Assembly (NCBI GenBank): GCA_000388065.2
Contig: KB932207.1
Length of the DNA: 44,326 nt
From: Fonticula alba ATCC 38817
Lineage: Eukaryota > Protista > Nucleariida
Direction: 5' to 3' (one strand)
Of this stretch, positions 12,618 to 23,470 are shown piece by piece. Below the pieces are notes generated by a model. It saw only the letters and a program-made list of their open reading frames with translations, had not been told where the DNA came from and did no database searches. The translations under genes and the position numbers were made by a program. How positions within the stretch are numbered: position 1 is the first letter of the stretch; each line of letters begins with the position of its first letter.

Positions 12618-13262
12618 GAGGCGGAGAGGGGGAGGGAGCGAGGGAGAAAGAGGCAAAGAGAAACGGAGAAGAACAAAGAGACAGAGAGGGAAAGGGGGAA
12701 AGAGGAAGAGACAGAGACGCAGACGCAGACACAGACACAGACACAGAGAGGGAGGAGGAAATGGGCGAAGAAAGATCGTGAGGGTGGTGGACCACGCACA
12801 GACAGGGTCATTCGCGTGGGCAGTGGCGAAGGACGAGAGCCACTGCATCAGGGAGTTGCGCAGGGAGAGACGCTGGTCGGTCGGGATGGCCGCATACCGG
12901 AACTGCACGGCATCCTGCAGAACCTGCAGGCAGATGTAGAAGGTCTCGCCGCGGATGCCGGCCGGGCGCTCCAGGAACAGCTGCAGGCAGAAGCGCCAGC
13001 CATCCGGCGCGAGACGGATCATCTCCACATACTCGAGGGCCTGGTACCAGATGGGGCCGAGGGGCAGGGGGAGGGCGGAGGGCGGAGGGCGGAGGCAGGT
13101 GTCAGCCGAGCACCGGCCAGGGGGGGGCCCCGAGGAAAGAGGTCATGGTCATGGGGAGGAGGGGAGGGGCGGGAGGGAGCCACGCACCTGGGCCTTGACG
13201 TCGGCCGGCGAGGCCGAGTCAAAGCAGAGAGCGACCGCCTGGTCGAACTTTGCGTAGTCCAT
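8230..13262 (-). CDS. XPOT: Exportin-T (tRNA nuclear export receptor, Los1/Xpot family), ~1,153 aa, 10 exons
   Basis: Exons 13262-13188, 13040-12800, 12560-12346, 12218-12092, 11981-11875, 11747-11661, 11524-11306 (or 11312), 11203-10885, 10558-10345, 10087-8230. All introns are GT-AG with consistent phases. Peptides such as YFKHKFLTVLVHIFMHEYLTSWGSFFQDIL, KDRMRDTDVPQLVDSWY, WIELDLVV, IVLKGM, FFENAVRY and DSRGLRHHDPYVRRRTTYLLARFV match exportin-T segments recalled from the family. Confidence 0.92.
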
Positions 13263-13883
13263 GGCGGTAGTTGCGTGTCGGGGGGGACACACCGAGGAGA
13301 GGCGAGCGGGAGAGATGGAGAGTAAAGGGCGAACCGGGCGCGCGTGCGGCTATGTCACACTGCGACGGGGCGCGCAAGAGGAAGAGGAGGAGGAGGGCAG
13401 CGAGCGGCCCGATGGATGGCTTCTCGGGTGTCGGCCGAGAGAGGTGTTGGGTGATGGCCCCCCTGGGAAGAACCTCGCCTGCGGGCCGGGGGGGGGGGGN
13501 NNNNNNNNNNNNNNNNNNNNNNNNNNNNNNNNNNNNNNNNNNNNNNNNNNNNNNNNNNNNNNNNNNNNNNNNNNNNNNNNNNNNNNNNNNNNNNNNNNNN
13601 NNNNNNNNNNNNNNNNNNNNNNNNNNNNNNNNNNNNNNNNNNNNNNNNNNNNNNNNNNNNNNNNNNNNNNNNNNNNNNNNNNNNNNNNNNNNNNNNNNNN
13701 NNNNNNNNNNNNNNNNNNNNNNNNNNNNNNNNNNNNNNNNNNNNNNNNNNNNNNNNNNNNNNNNNNNNNNNNNNNNNNNNNNNNNNNNNNNNNNNNNNNN
13801 NNNNNNNNNNNNNNNNNNNNNNNNNNNNNNNNNNNNNNNNNNNNNNNNNNNNNNNNNNNNNNNNNGGGGGGGGGGGAAGATAC

Positions 13884-13896
13884 TTACGTCACGTAA
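13884..13896. promoter_or_regulatory. Palindrome TTACGT-C-ACGTAA (CRE-like bZIP site)
   Basis: Perfect 13-bp odd palindrome containing TTACGTCA, in the divergent XPOT/NDUFA9 intergenic region. Confidence 0.25.
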
Positions 13897-15284
13897 TGGC
13901 GTATGTGTGCGTGTCTGTGCTGTTTGTGTTTTCTGTGTTCGTGTGTTGGTATATTCCGGAGAGCAGTGTGTTGCGGCAACGGAAGGAGGCGGAGGGGGCG
14001 GCGGCGAGGGCGGGGGGGGGGGAGGGGCGAGGAGGGAGGAGGGGGGAGGCGAAAGGGTTTGCCCCCGCGCGGGGGGCTGGACGGGCGCGGCGCTTTTTTT
14101 TCTTTTTTTTTCTCCCCCGCCCAGGCGCGGGGAGGGCCGAATTGCGGGAGGGGCCCGCGCGGGCGGGCCGGGCATTTTTCCCGGGCCGCCGCAGTCCCCC
14201 CCTCCCCCCCCCCTGTGCCTTCTCCTTCTTCCTCCCTCGCCCGCGCGCCCGGCCTGGGGACGCCCTCACATGGCACCCGGGCTTTGCGTGTCTGCTGGGG
14301 GTAGAAGGGAGGGAGGGGGGGGGGAAGATTCTGGCCTAAATTCCTGGCCTATGCCGCGGGCGAGGGGGGCGGGAGAAGGACCCGCGGCTGCCACCGCGAC
14401 AACACCGACCCAACCTCGGCCCCGGCCCCGGCCCCCCGGCCCGGTGGAGGACGCACGCGCCGCACACGGGTGTGCTGATGGAAATCAGACCGAAAAAGAG
14501 TCTTTTTTATTCGAATCTCCCCTCTGCGCCTGTTCCCCCCTCCCCCCAGCCCCCCAACCTGGCTCCCCAAAAGCAGGGCGGAGATCGACGAAGGGGGGGG
14601 GGGGGGGCGGGCATGCGGCCCCCGCCCGGCGTGCGGCGAGGGAGGCAGGGCCGGGGGGGGGCATCTTCCTGCGCGCCGACTTGGCTTTCCCTGCCTTGGT
14701 CCGCGGCGGACCGAGATCTCCGAGGCCGCGGGGTGGGTGGGCGGAGCCAAAAAGCAAGAAGTGCCAACAGAGAGAACGTGAACCCTCGGCCGCGGCCTCT
14801 GAGGTCAGGCCTCCGTGGGCGGGCGGCGGCGCGCCTCACCGGCGGCACTTGCCACTGAACCGCGGCCGTGCGCGGTGGGCGTGCCCGGGGCCCAGCGCGG
14901 CCGCCGCCCGGAGGCCGGGCAGCTGGGAGGGGGGGGGGGCCTGTGTTGCGTCGTGCACGGGGCCCCTGTCTATATCTTGCGCAAGGGTCGTCGGCCCGGC
15001 ACCCCCGGGGGAGATCTCCTCCCCCGTGTGGCGGCCGCCCTTGCGGCGACCGGCGCCTGGCGGGGTAGCCGCGGTCCCAGTCCAGTTGGCAGCTGCGTCG
15101 GCCGGCCGGCCGCCACGACCGGCGCCGCAAGAGGGCCCTAAACTGGACGGGCCCCGGGCGGGGGGGATGGGGGGGGGGGCGGGGGAGAGACAGTCTCCGC
15201 GGGGCTTTCACCCGGCCAGCCTGCCGGGCGCGTCTCCCCTCTAGCGAGGGGCCGGGCATGCCCCCCCCGGGCCGGCCCCCGGGG

Positions 15285-15315
<31 letters not shown>

Positions 15316-16830
15316 AGCCGGTGTGGCGGCCGCCCCATATAACCACGCGAAAATGATGCACCTGCGCGGTGGTCCGGGCACCCCCGGGCGGGGCGCGGCG
15401 TGCCCCGGGCGCGTCCGGCTGCCGGTGCCGCCGCGCGCCACGGCGCCCCCGCGTGGGAGGACCGAGCGCGAGGGCGCCGGAAGCGTTGGGACATGCCTCG
15501 CCCCGCGAGGCGCATGATGCCAATGCATTTGCCGGACCGGGACTTCCGGCCGGCCCGCCTCCCTGGTGGTGGGGCCCAGGGCTGCTGGGGGCCAGGAGCA
15601 TCCGCACACCTCCCGGCCTAGTCCCTAAAGCGGAGGGGTTCTGATATGCCGCGGCCCTGTGTGGGAATTGTATTCCAGGTCACATGCCCCGGAAACCATA
15701 TTCCCAAGAGGTGGTGCTCGATCTCCCGGCCTGCCGCGGCGGCCGTGCCAACCAGCCGCACAGCGGGAGCGGGAGCGGGAGCGGGAGCAGGAGCGAGAGA
15801 GGGCATCAAAAGCGCACCATCGTAGCCCGCGGTGGCCGGCCGGCGGAGGGGGGACGGGGGGCATGTCCTGGGCCGTGAACACCGGCCGGCGCCGGAGCGG
15901 ACGCCGCAGGGCGGAGGCCCCGATGGCAGGAGAACGCGCGCCGCGCCTGGGCTGGTGTTATCGCGTGCCCGCGCAGCCTGCTGGGGGTTGCNNNNNNNNN
16001 NNNNNNNNNNNNNNNNNNNNNNNNNNNNNNNNNNNNNNNNNNNNNNNNNNNNNNNNNNNNNNNNNNNNNNNNNNNNNNNNNNNNNNNNNNNNNNNNNNNN
16101 NNNNNNNNNNNNNNNNNNNNNNNNNNNNNNNNNNNNNNNNNNNNNNNNNNNNNNNNNNNNNNNNNNNNNNNNNNNNNNNNNNNNNNNNNNNNNNNNNNNN
16201 NNNNNNNNNNNNNNNNNNNNNNNNNNNNNNNNNNNNNNNNNNNNNNNNNNNNNNNNNNNNNNNNNNNNNNNNNNNNNNNNNNNNNNNNNNNNNNNNNNNN
16301 NNNNNNNNNNNNNNNNNNNNNNNNNNNNNNNNNNNNNNNNNNNNNNNNNNNNNNNNNNNNNNNNNNNNNNNNNNNNNNNNNNNNNNNNNNNNNNNNNNNN
16401 NNNNNNNNNNNNNNNNNNNNNNNNNNNNNNNNNNNNNNNNNNNNNNNNNNNNNNNNNNNNNNNNNNNNNNNNNNNNNNNNNNNNNNNNNNNNNNNNNNNN
16501 NNNNNNNNNNNNNNNNNNNNNNNNNNNNNNNNNNNNNNNNNNNNNNNNNNNNNNNNNNNNNNNNNNNNNNNNNNNNNNNNNNNNNNNNNNNNNNNNNNNN
16601 NNNNNNNNNNNNNNNNNNNNNNNNNNNNNNNNNNNNNNNNNNNNNNNNNNNNNNNNNNNNNNNNNNNNNNNNNNNNNNNNNNNNNNNNNNNNNNNNNNNN
16701 NNNNNNNNNNNNNNNNNNNNNNNNNNNNNNNNNNNNNNNNNNNNNNNNNNNNNNNNNNNNNNNNNNNNNNNNNNNNNNNNNNNNCCCCTCTTCCCCCGCC
16801 CCCCGCGCCCCCTGGCTGCGCCCCACACAG

Positions 16831-17945
16831 CCCGTCATCCCCATCCCCACCGCCGATGTTGATGCCGCGGTCCACTACGGTCGCGGCCGGTCCTCCGTGT
16901 CCGGCCACACCGTGACCATCTTCGGCGCCAGTGGTCTGCTCGGTCTCGGCACCGTGCACCGCTTTGCCCGCATTGGTAGCACCGTCCGCACCCCCTACCG
17001 CGGTGACCACTACGATATCCGCCACCTCAAGGTCATGGGCGACCTGGGCCAGGTTGTCCAGAACGTGCGTTGGGTGCCCTTTTGGTGGCCGCTCTCCCCG
17101 TCCTCCTCCGCGCCCGGCCCCGCGCCATGCCACTCACCCATGCATATGCCCATCATTCGCACCTGCCCCGGCCTCCTCCACCCCCTTCCCTCCTCCTTCC
17201 GTGGATAGTTCTACTGCGTCCGCGACAAGGACCGCGTTGCTCAGCTGGTGGAGGGCTCCGACATCGTCATCAACCTCATCGGCCGTGACTACGAGACCGC
17301 GTACGCACCCGCACCCCGCGCCGCGCATGCCCCCCTCCCTCTGGCCCCACTCGCAGCCGCCCTCGCCCGCCCGCCCGCCCGCTCCGCTGCTCCTCTGACG
17401 CCCTCTCTCGCCCCGTCCTCCGGTACAGCAACTTCAAGTTCGAGGACATCAACATCGACGCCCCGCGCACCATTGCCGAGGCCTGCAAGAAGGCCGGCGT
17501 CAAGCGCCTCGTCCACGTTTCTCACATCAACGCCGATGCCGACTCCGAGGCCAAGCAGTTCTCCACCAAGGTGCGCCAGCTGGCCCCCCCTTCCCTCTCC
17601 CGCTCTCTGAGCCACTTTCGCCACACATACACACACATGCCCCCTGGGTATTCTTGTGTACTGACGGGCTTCCCTCTCTCTCTCTCTCTCCCTCTCCACC
17701 CCCTCCCCTTGCCGCCCTCCCATCAGCGTCTTGGTGAGCTTGCCGTCCTCTCGGAGTTCCCCGAGGCCAGCATTGTCCGCCCGTCCACCATGTATGGTTA
17801 CGACGACCGCTTCCTCCGCTGGATCGCCCGTACGTCGTCTCTGCGCCCGCGGCTCGCCCCCCGCCAGGGGGCTGAGATGCGCTCGCGGTGCCTCCCGCCG
17901 CATGCGTGCATGCATGTGTGTTGCATCTGACATCCCCCGCCCCCC

Positions 17946-18010
<65 letters not shown>

Positions 18011-18837
18011 CCAGGGTAACTGCGACGCAGGGACCCCCACCCGGCGCCGCACCCCCCCTCCCCCACCACCCCCCGTCCTGCCCCCCCCCCCCCTCCCGCC
18101 TCTGGGGCCCGGGCCTACTGGTTCCTTCGGCTTCGGGCCTTCCCAGCCGGCAGCCCCGGCGGCCCCTCGCTCCCCCCCTGCCCAACAGACATGAACCGCA
18201 ACGTCCTTTTCCCCGGCGACCTGGTCGTCAACGGCGGTGAGACCGTCTTCTACCCCACCTACGTACGTGGCACCACTGCCATGCCGTGCGATCCTTCTCC
18301 CTCCTCCCGCGCAGATGCTCACACAAACGCACGCACGCACGCACGCACGCACACAGGCCGGTGACGTCGCCCAGGCCATCCAGAACATCGCCGTCTCGCC
18401 CAACTCCTCCGGTAAGGTGTATGAGCTCGTTGGGTGCGTCTCTTCCCTTCCCCCGCCGTCACGGCCGCATCGCCGACCTTCTTTCCCCTCCCCTCGATGG
18501 CTGACAGCCCCGTTTCCCCCTCCCCCCCCCCTTTTTTTCCCGGCCGCCATCCAGTCCCAAGAAGTACACCTACAACGAGATTCTTCAGATCTACTCCGAC
18601 ACCACCGGCGCCCCGATCAGCCCGCTGAACGTCCCGGCCCCCATCTTCAAGGCCATCCTGCGCATGTACGAGCTCCTGCCGTCCAACCGCCTGGCCTCGC
18701 GCTCGGATGTCTACCGGTTGAGCATCGACGAGACCCCCACCCCCGGTGCCCTGGGCTTCGGCGATGTCGGCGTCGTCCCCGCCGAGCTGGAGACCATGGC
18801 CCTGCGCTTCCTGCGCCCGTACCGCGTTGTTTCTTAA
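16831..18837 (+). CDS. NDUFA9: Complex I 39-kDa subunit (SDR fold), 5'-partial
   Basis: Exons 16831-17064, 17209-17300, 17429-17570, 17727-17829, 18189-18262, 18357-18433, 18555-18837 (335 codons, phases consistent). Motifs GRGRSSVSGHTVTIFGASGLLG, HLKVMGDLGQ, SDIVINLIGRDYET, IVRPSTMYGYDDRFL and LRFLRPYR. The first exon(s) probably lie in the 15992-16785 gap. Confidence 0.93.
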
Positions 18838-19445
18838 GTGTGCATGCGCATGTACATGCACACACACACACACACACACATACACGCACATGCGCGTCCC
18901 CCGCAGGAGTGGCGAGAGCGAACATGGGCCACTGAGGCGGCAGGGGGGGGGGGGGGCACACCGGGGCGGCCGGGACACGCGCCGAGACTTACGCAGACAG
19001 AGCGGTTCCCCCGGCGCGAGCCCTTCCAGACCTCATCGGATGCATGCGCGGGCCCCTGCCGCTCCGCCCCCGCTCCCGCCCCCGCCCTCGCCCCCGGCCC
19101 GCCTCTCTCCTCCACCTCCCCGCCCACCACCGCACATACACACATGTCCACCCACCCGTGCTCTTCTTGGCGCATGCGTGCGTGTCACGCACGCCACAGG
19201 AGGGGCCACACACACAACCCCGCTGTGCACAGTGCCGCACGCCCCTCCCCCTTCTCCTTCCCTCGTGCCCTAAGTGTGCCCCTGCTTGTGCCTGCGCAGC
19301 AGGGCGCACCCCTTCAAATCTAGAATATCTCCCCACACACCCACCTACCCACACACCCACACGTTTTGTTTGTGTACACACCCATCTTGCACGCAGGTTT
19401 TGACGTCTATTCCCAGGTTGTGGGGGGGGGGGAGGAGGGGGGTCC

Positions 19446-19989
19446 TCATACCTGCACTTTGGCGTCCTCCGCGGTTGGCGACTCGTCCCCGACGGCCAGG
19501 CTCTCGACGACCCTCCGGACCGCGGCCATCGACAAGCCGGTGTGCGTGGCGATCTGCGCCACGGGCATCGGCGTGCGAGCGGGCCAGCCTGCCTCGATGG
19601 CCGGGCCAGTTGTCGCCCCCAGCAGGGCCAGCCGCAGGACATCCAGCCGCTCGGTGGGGGTCATCACCTCGCGGGGGGCCTGGTATGTCGGCAGGAAGTA
19701 CCGGATGTAGTCGGCCACTCGGCCGGCCGGGAGATCCAACTCTTGGGCAATCTCCCCCACCGTCAAGCGTGGGGCCGTTTGCGAGGCCAATATCCGGACG
19801 TTGGCCCGTTTGAAGGGGGACAGGCGCCGGGCAGCCATCATCCGGGGATGGTACTCCGGGAGATCCTGCTCCAGCACCCGGCGGATGGTGGATGGATGTA
19901 GCCGGACCACCGCCCCGAGCTCCTGGTATGAAAGGAGAACCGGCATGACGGGGAGGATGTCATGCGCCTTGGCGGGGCAGTTGCTGCTG

Positions 19990-20026
<37 letters not shown>

Positions 20027-23000
20027 TGCTGGCCATCAGCGCCTCGGTGAGTTTCGGGTCCATCAGGGCATTCAGTTGGCGCTTGGCCTGCAGCACCAGG
20101 CTCTGGCGCAGCTCGGCCGACACGGTCTGTGTCAGCTCCGGGGCCGGCACATACTCCGGCATCCGGGCCTGGATGATGTGCCGGGCCAGGGCGATGGACA
20201 CACGCGCCCGGGCGGCCACCGTCACCAGCGGCGGATTCACCGGGGCCTTGAGGCTGGCGTCCACCACAGCCAAGTGCTCGCCGGTGGCCTCATTCGGAGT
20301 GTACACGTCGTCCGGTGGCCGCCGCCATACCCGGGCCGCCGCTCGGAGAACCCGCCCGACCAGGTCCTTCGATAGGACCCCCTGTCGCCCGGGGTCCCGG
20401 TAGGTGGGAACCTGCTCGCGGACCACGGCGATCACCATGCGCACCGGGATGTGCCCGGCCACCTGGGCCATCTGCTCGATGGACATGAGCTCGGCCGGGC
20501 TTGGGCCCGGACCCGAGCCCGAGCCCGAGCCCGAGGGGGCCTCGGTCGCCAGAGCGTCGCCCGCATCGGCCCCATCGGCCGCATCGGCCGCGGCCGATTC
20601 CCTGGCCAAGTGCACGATGGTCTGAAACTCGCGCCAGGTCAGGGTGGTGAAGGTGCGAGGGATGCTCGGCAGCGGGCCCGCGGTGCGTGGCACGGCTGCC
20701 GGGTCGAAGGCCACATCCAGCACCGGGGCCTGGGCGTCCTCGGTAGTGGCTGTGTTGGCGGCGGCCAGCATGTTTGTGCGGCCTCGCCGCGCGGCCCGCT
20801 GCTGCAAACGCTGCAGCCGCATCGAGGGCACCGATGAATTCGACCCTCGGCCGGGCGGGGAAGGCCCGATGGTGGCCTGGCCGCTTGCCCCCGATGCCGG
20901 GCGCCGTGTTGCCGCTGCCACGACGCTCTTCCGATCTTCCTCGGTAGTGGCTGTGTTGGCGGCGGCCAGCATGTTTGTGCGGCCTCGCCGCGCGGCCCGC
21001 TGCTGCAAACGCTGCAGCCGCATCGAGGGCACCGATGAATTCGACCCTCGGCCGGGCGGGGAAGGCCCGATGGTGGCCTGGCCGCTTGCCCCCGATGCCG
21101 GGCGCCGTGTTGCCGCTGCCACTGCCGCTGCTGGTGCGGACGTCGGCGTGGCCGCCATCGGCCCCGCCGCGTTGCCGGCCCTCGCGCCGGCCATGTCGTC
21201 GTCCTCATGCCGCAGACCCGGCAATCCGAAGACAATCTGCCGGATCATCCTCTCCGACAGCCCGGTGTCGGCGCCAATCAGCCGGACCGCTGTCTGGGTG
21301 AGGACCGGCGGTGTCCGGTCAGCGGGGGGCCCGTCCCGATTGGCCGGCTGGTCGGCCTCGGACTCCGGGGCCGCCGCCTCGGCCAGGGCAAACCGGCTGT
21401 TCAGGGCCAGCACCCGCTCGCGCAGGCTGGCCGTGATGACCGGCAACCGGGGGGGCACGAAGTCCGGCAGATGCTCGGCCAGCACGCTGACCACCTGTCT
21501 CCGAGATCGGAAGAGCACACGTTGGCCGGCTGGTCGGCCTCGGACTCCGGGGCCGCCGCCTCGGCCAGGGCAAACCGGCTGTTCAGGGCCAGCACCCGCT
21601 CGCGCAGGCTGGCCGTGATGACCGGCAACCGGGGGGGCACGAAGTCCGGCAGATGCTCGGCCAGCACGCTGACCACCTGTCTCCGCGAGGCGCCGACCAT
21701 GCGCACGATCATGTCCAATGTGGGCACCGGGTCGTGGAAGCGCGCCAGCTGGAGAATCCACTCGCGCTGATCGTCCGTCAGTTTGGCCACCCGCGAGGGC
21801 TTGTAGTCCGGCCGCGCGGCTTGCAGGACCTCGCGCACGGCGGGGATGCCCAGGCCCGACAGCTCGGACAGCTGGCGAATCGTCAGCACCGGGTCCTCGC
21901 GGTAGGACAAATCCACCAGACTCGCCCGATCGGCCGGGTCTTGGGGCGACCGCCGCGGGGCCCGGTACTCCGGGCAGTGCAGCTGCAGGAATCGAGCCAC
22001 CCGCAGCGGGGCCAGCCCCGTATTCCGGGCCAGCTCGGCCACCGTCGGGGGGCGGATGCTCCGCTTCAGCAGGTCCATCACCATCTTGCTTTCCCATTCG
22101 TCAAGATGCCCGTGAGCAATGGCCCGGAAGAAGCCGGCCGGCCGGTCGGCCCGGGAGGCCACCTCGGCCAGCAGCAAGTCCTTCACCCGGCCCGGGGTGG
22201 CCTCGGCCAGGGCGGCCACCTGCGCCAGCTGGCCGGGGTCACGCAGGAGCCGAATGAGATCCGAAGTGCCGGGCAACCCATCGACACAGGCCCCGGCGGT
22301 CCGGCCAGCGTCAGGGGCACCCGGGTCCCCGGGCCCGGTCACCGTGGCCGCAAAGCCGGCCGCCGTCTCTGCCGCCGCACTCAGCACCCGGACGCGCAGG
22401 CGCAAGCGCCGCTCGGTGGCCGTGCCCGTCAAGGCCGGATGCTCCGGCATGTGAACCCCGAGCAGGTTTTCCAGCTCGGCGGCCGGCAAATTCGCCGCCT
22501 TGGCAATCAGGTCGACCAGCTCTTCCGGAGACGCATCCACCAGGGCCGATGCCGCATCGCCGGGGGCCACGGCCGGCAAATTGGCCCCCGGCATGGTGTA
22601 CTGTGCCAGCTCCAGGGCACGGAGGTACGGCCGTGCCACTGCGGCTGGCAGGGAGGCGCAGTTGGGCCGGTGAATGCAAAGGAAGCGAGTGACCGCACGC
22701 GGCAGGACCCCGACAGCCTCAGCTAGCCGGCCCACCGAGGGGACCAGCCAGGCCGAGGCATTGGCCTCGGTCGCACTCTTGCCGTCGAGGAGCTCCAGCA
22801 CCCGGCATTGCTGTAGGGGAGTCAGCTCGCCCCCGGATGATGAGTCCACAAAGCCCGGCACATGGTTCCGAATGATGCGTGCCACCAGGGTGGCGCTGGT
22901 CCCGGTGAGAACGGCAATCTCCTGGATGCTTGGCCGGTCAACCGGCCGCATGGCCAGCTGGATGATGTGGTCCTGCATGTCGCCAGTCAGGTCGGCGACG

Positions 23001-23045
23001 CCGGTGCCGCCAGCTGTCGAGGAGCATGCCATGCGGCCGGTGGCG

Positions 23046-23111
<66 letters not shown>

Positions 23112-23470
23112 GCGCTGGTGGCGGACTCCGGTTCGAGGGATTCCGCCCTGCCAATCCGGGCATTCTCTTCCTTGAGGATCTGCGCCACGACCGACGTCGA
23201 GAGGCCTACCTTCTGGGAGATTTCCAGCAGAGTAAGCGGCACCGGCTCCATGATGCTCGCTAGGTGGAGGATTTCCGTTCGCCGTTGCTGGCGCTCGGAT
23301 GACGAGGAGATTCGCAGCCTGGGACGTGGTTTGGAGGCCGCCGGGCTGGTCGTGCTCTTTGCCGCCGAGGGCACCGACAAGGCAAAGCACCGGGCTCCGA
23401 CCATTGGCGACAGCCGGGCGCCCATCGGCAGGAGAGACGATGCCCAGGTTGCGCGGCACAGGTAACCCAT
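19446..23470 (-). CDS. Intronless ~1,213-aa protein with about 12-14 tandem HTH-like units and a predicted mitochondrial presequence; function unknown
   Basis: Track ORFs 21401-23476 and 19446-22097 join into one frame after removing two adapter-associated duplications (182 and 201 nt). The first true ATG is at 23470 (23476 is GTG) and there is an in-frame TGA upstream at 23566-23564. Repeated pattern L[ST]xxx[QR]xx[IV]LxLA...P[ST]xx[EQ][IL]Axx[TV]G[LV][SP]xxxVxx[IFV]Lxxx[LM]Px[YF]. Confidence 0.82.
20737..21121. other. Assembly artefact 1: tandem duplication joined by Illumina adapter
   Basis: 20737-20920 is repeated at 20938-21121. The junction 20919-20937 is CACGACGCTCTTCCGATCT, the 3' end of the Illumina read-1 primer/adapter, which translates as DRKSVV on the - strand. 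Offset is 201 nt, so it stays in frame. Confidence 0.95.
21340..21685. other. Assembly artefact 2: tandem duplication joined by Illumina adapter, causing a frameshift
   Basis: 21340-21503 is repeated at 21522-21685. The junction 21504-21522 is AGATCGGAAGAGCACACGT (TruSeq adapter), which translates as VCSSDL on the - strand. Offset is 182 nt, a frameshift. Confidence 0.95.

Noticed and set aside
13880-13890. ATACTTAC resembling the U1 snRNA 5' end
   Set aside because: It continues GTC rather than CTG, and no U1 stem-loops or Sm site follow.
14476-14510. CTGAT-GGAA-ATCAG hairpin followed by AAAAAGAGTCTTTTTT as a small Pol III RNA end
   Set aside because: Only a 5-bp stem, with no A/B boxes or known RNA family context.
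15618-15991. - strand open frame ending ...REIEHHLLGIWFPGHVTWNTIPTQGRGISEPLRFRD next to the large gap
   Set aside because: No recognisable homology, the upstream part is lost in the gap, and it cannot be distinguished from a chance ORF.
20737-21685. Two tandem repeats in the HTH gene as biological duplications or a programmed frameshift
   Set aside because: Both junctions are 19-nt matches to Illumina adapter sequence, and removing them restores one ORF.
19446-23470. HTH gene as an active DNA transposon
   Set aside because: No recognisable DDE/D catalytic region, terminal inverted repeats or target-site duplication; it has a presequence-like N-terminus instead.
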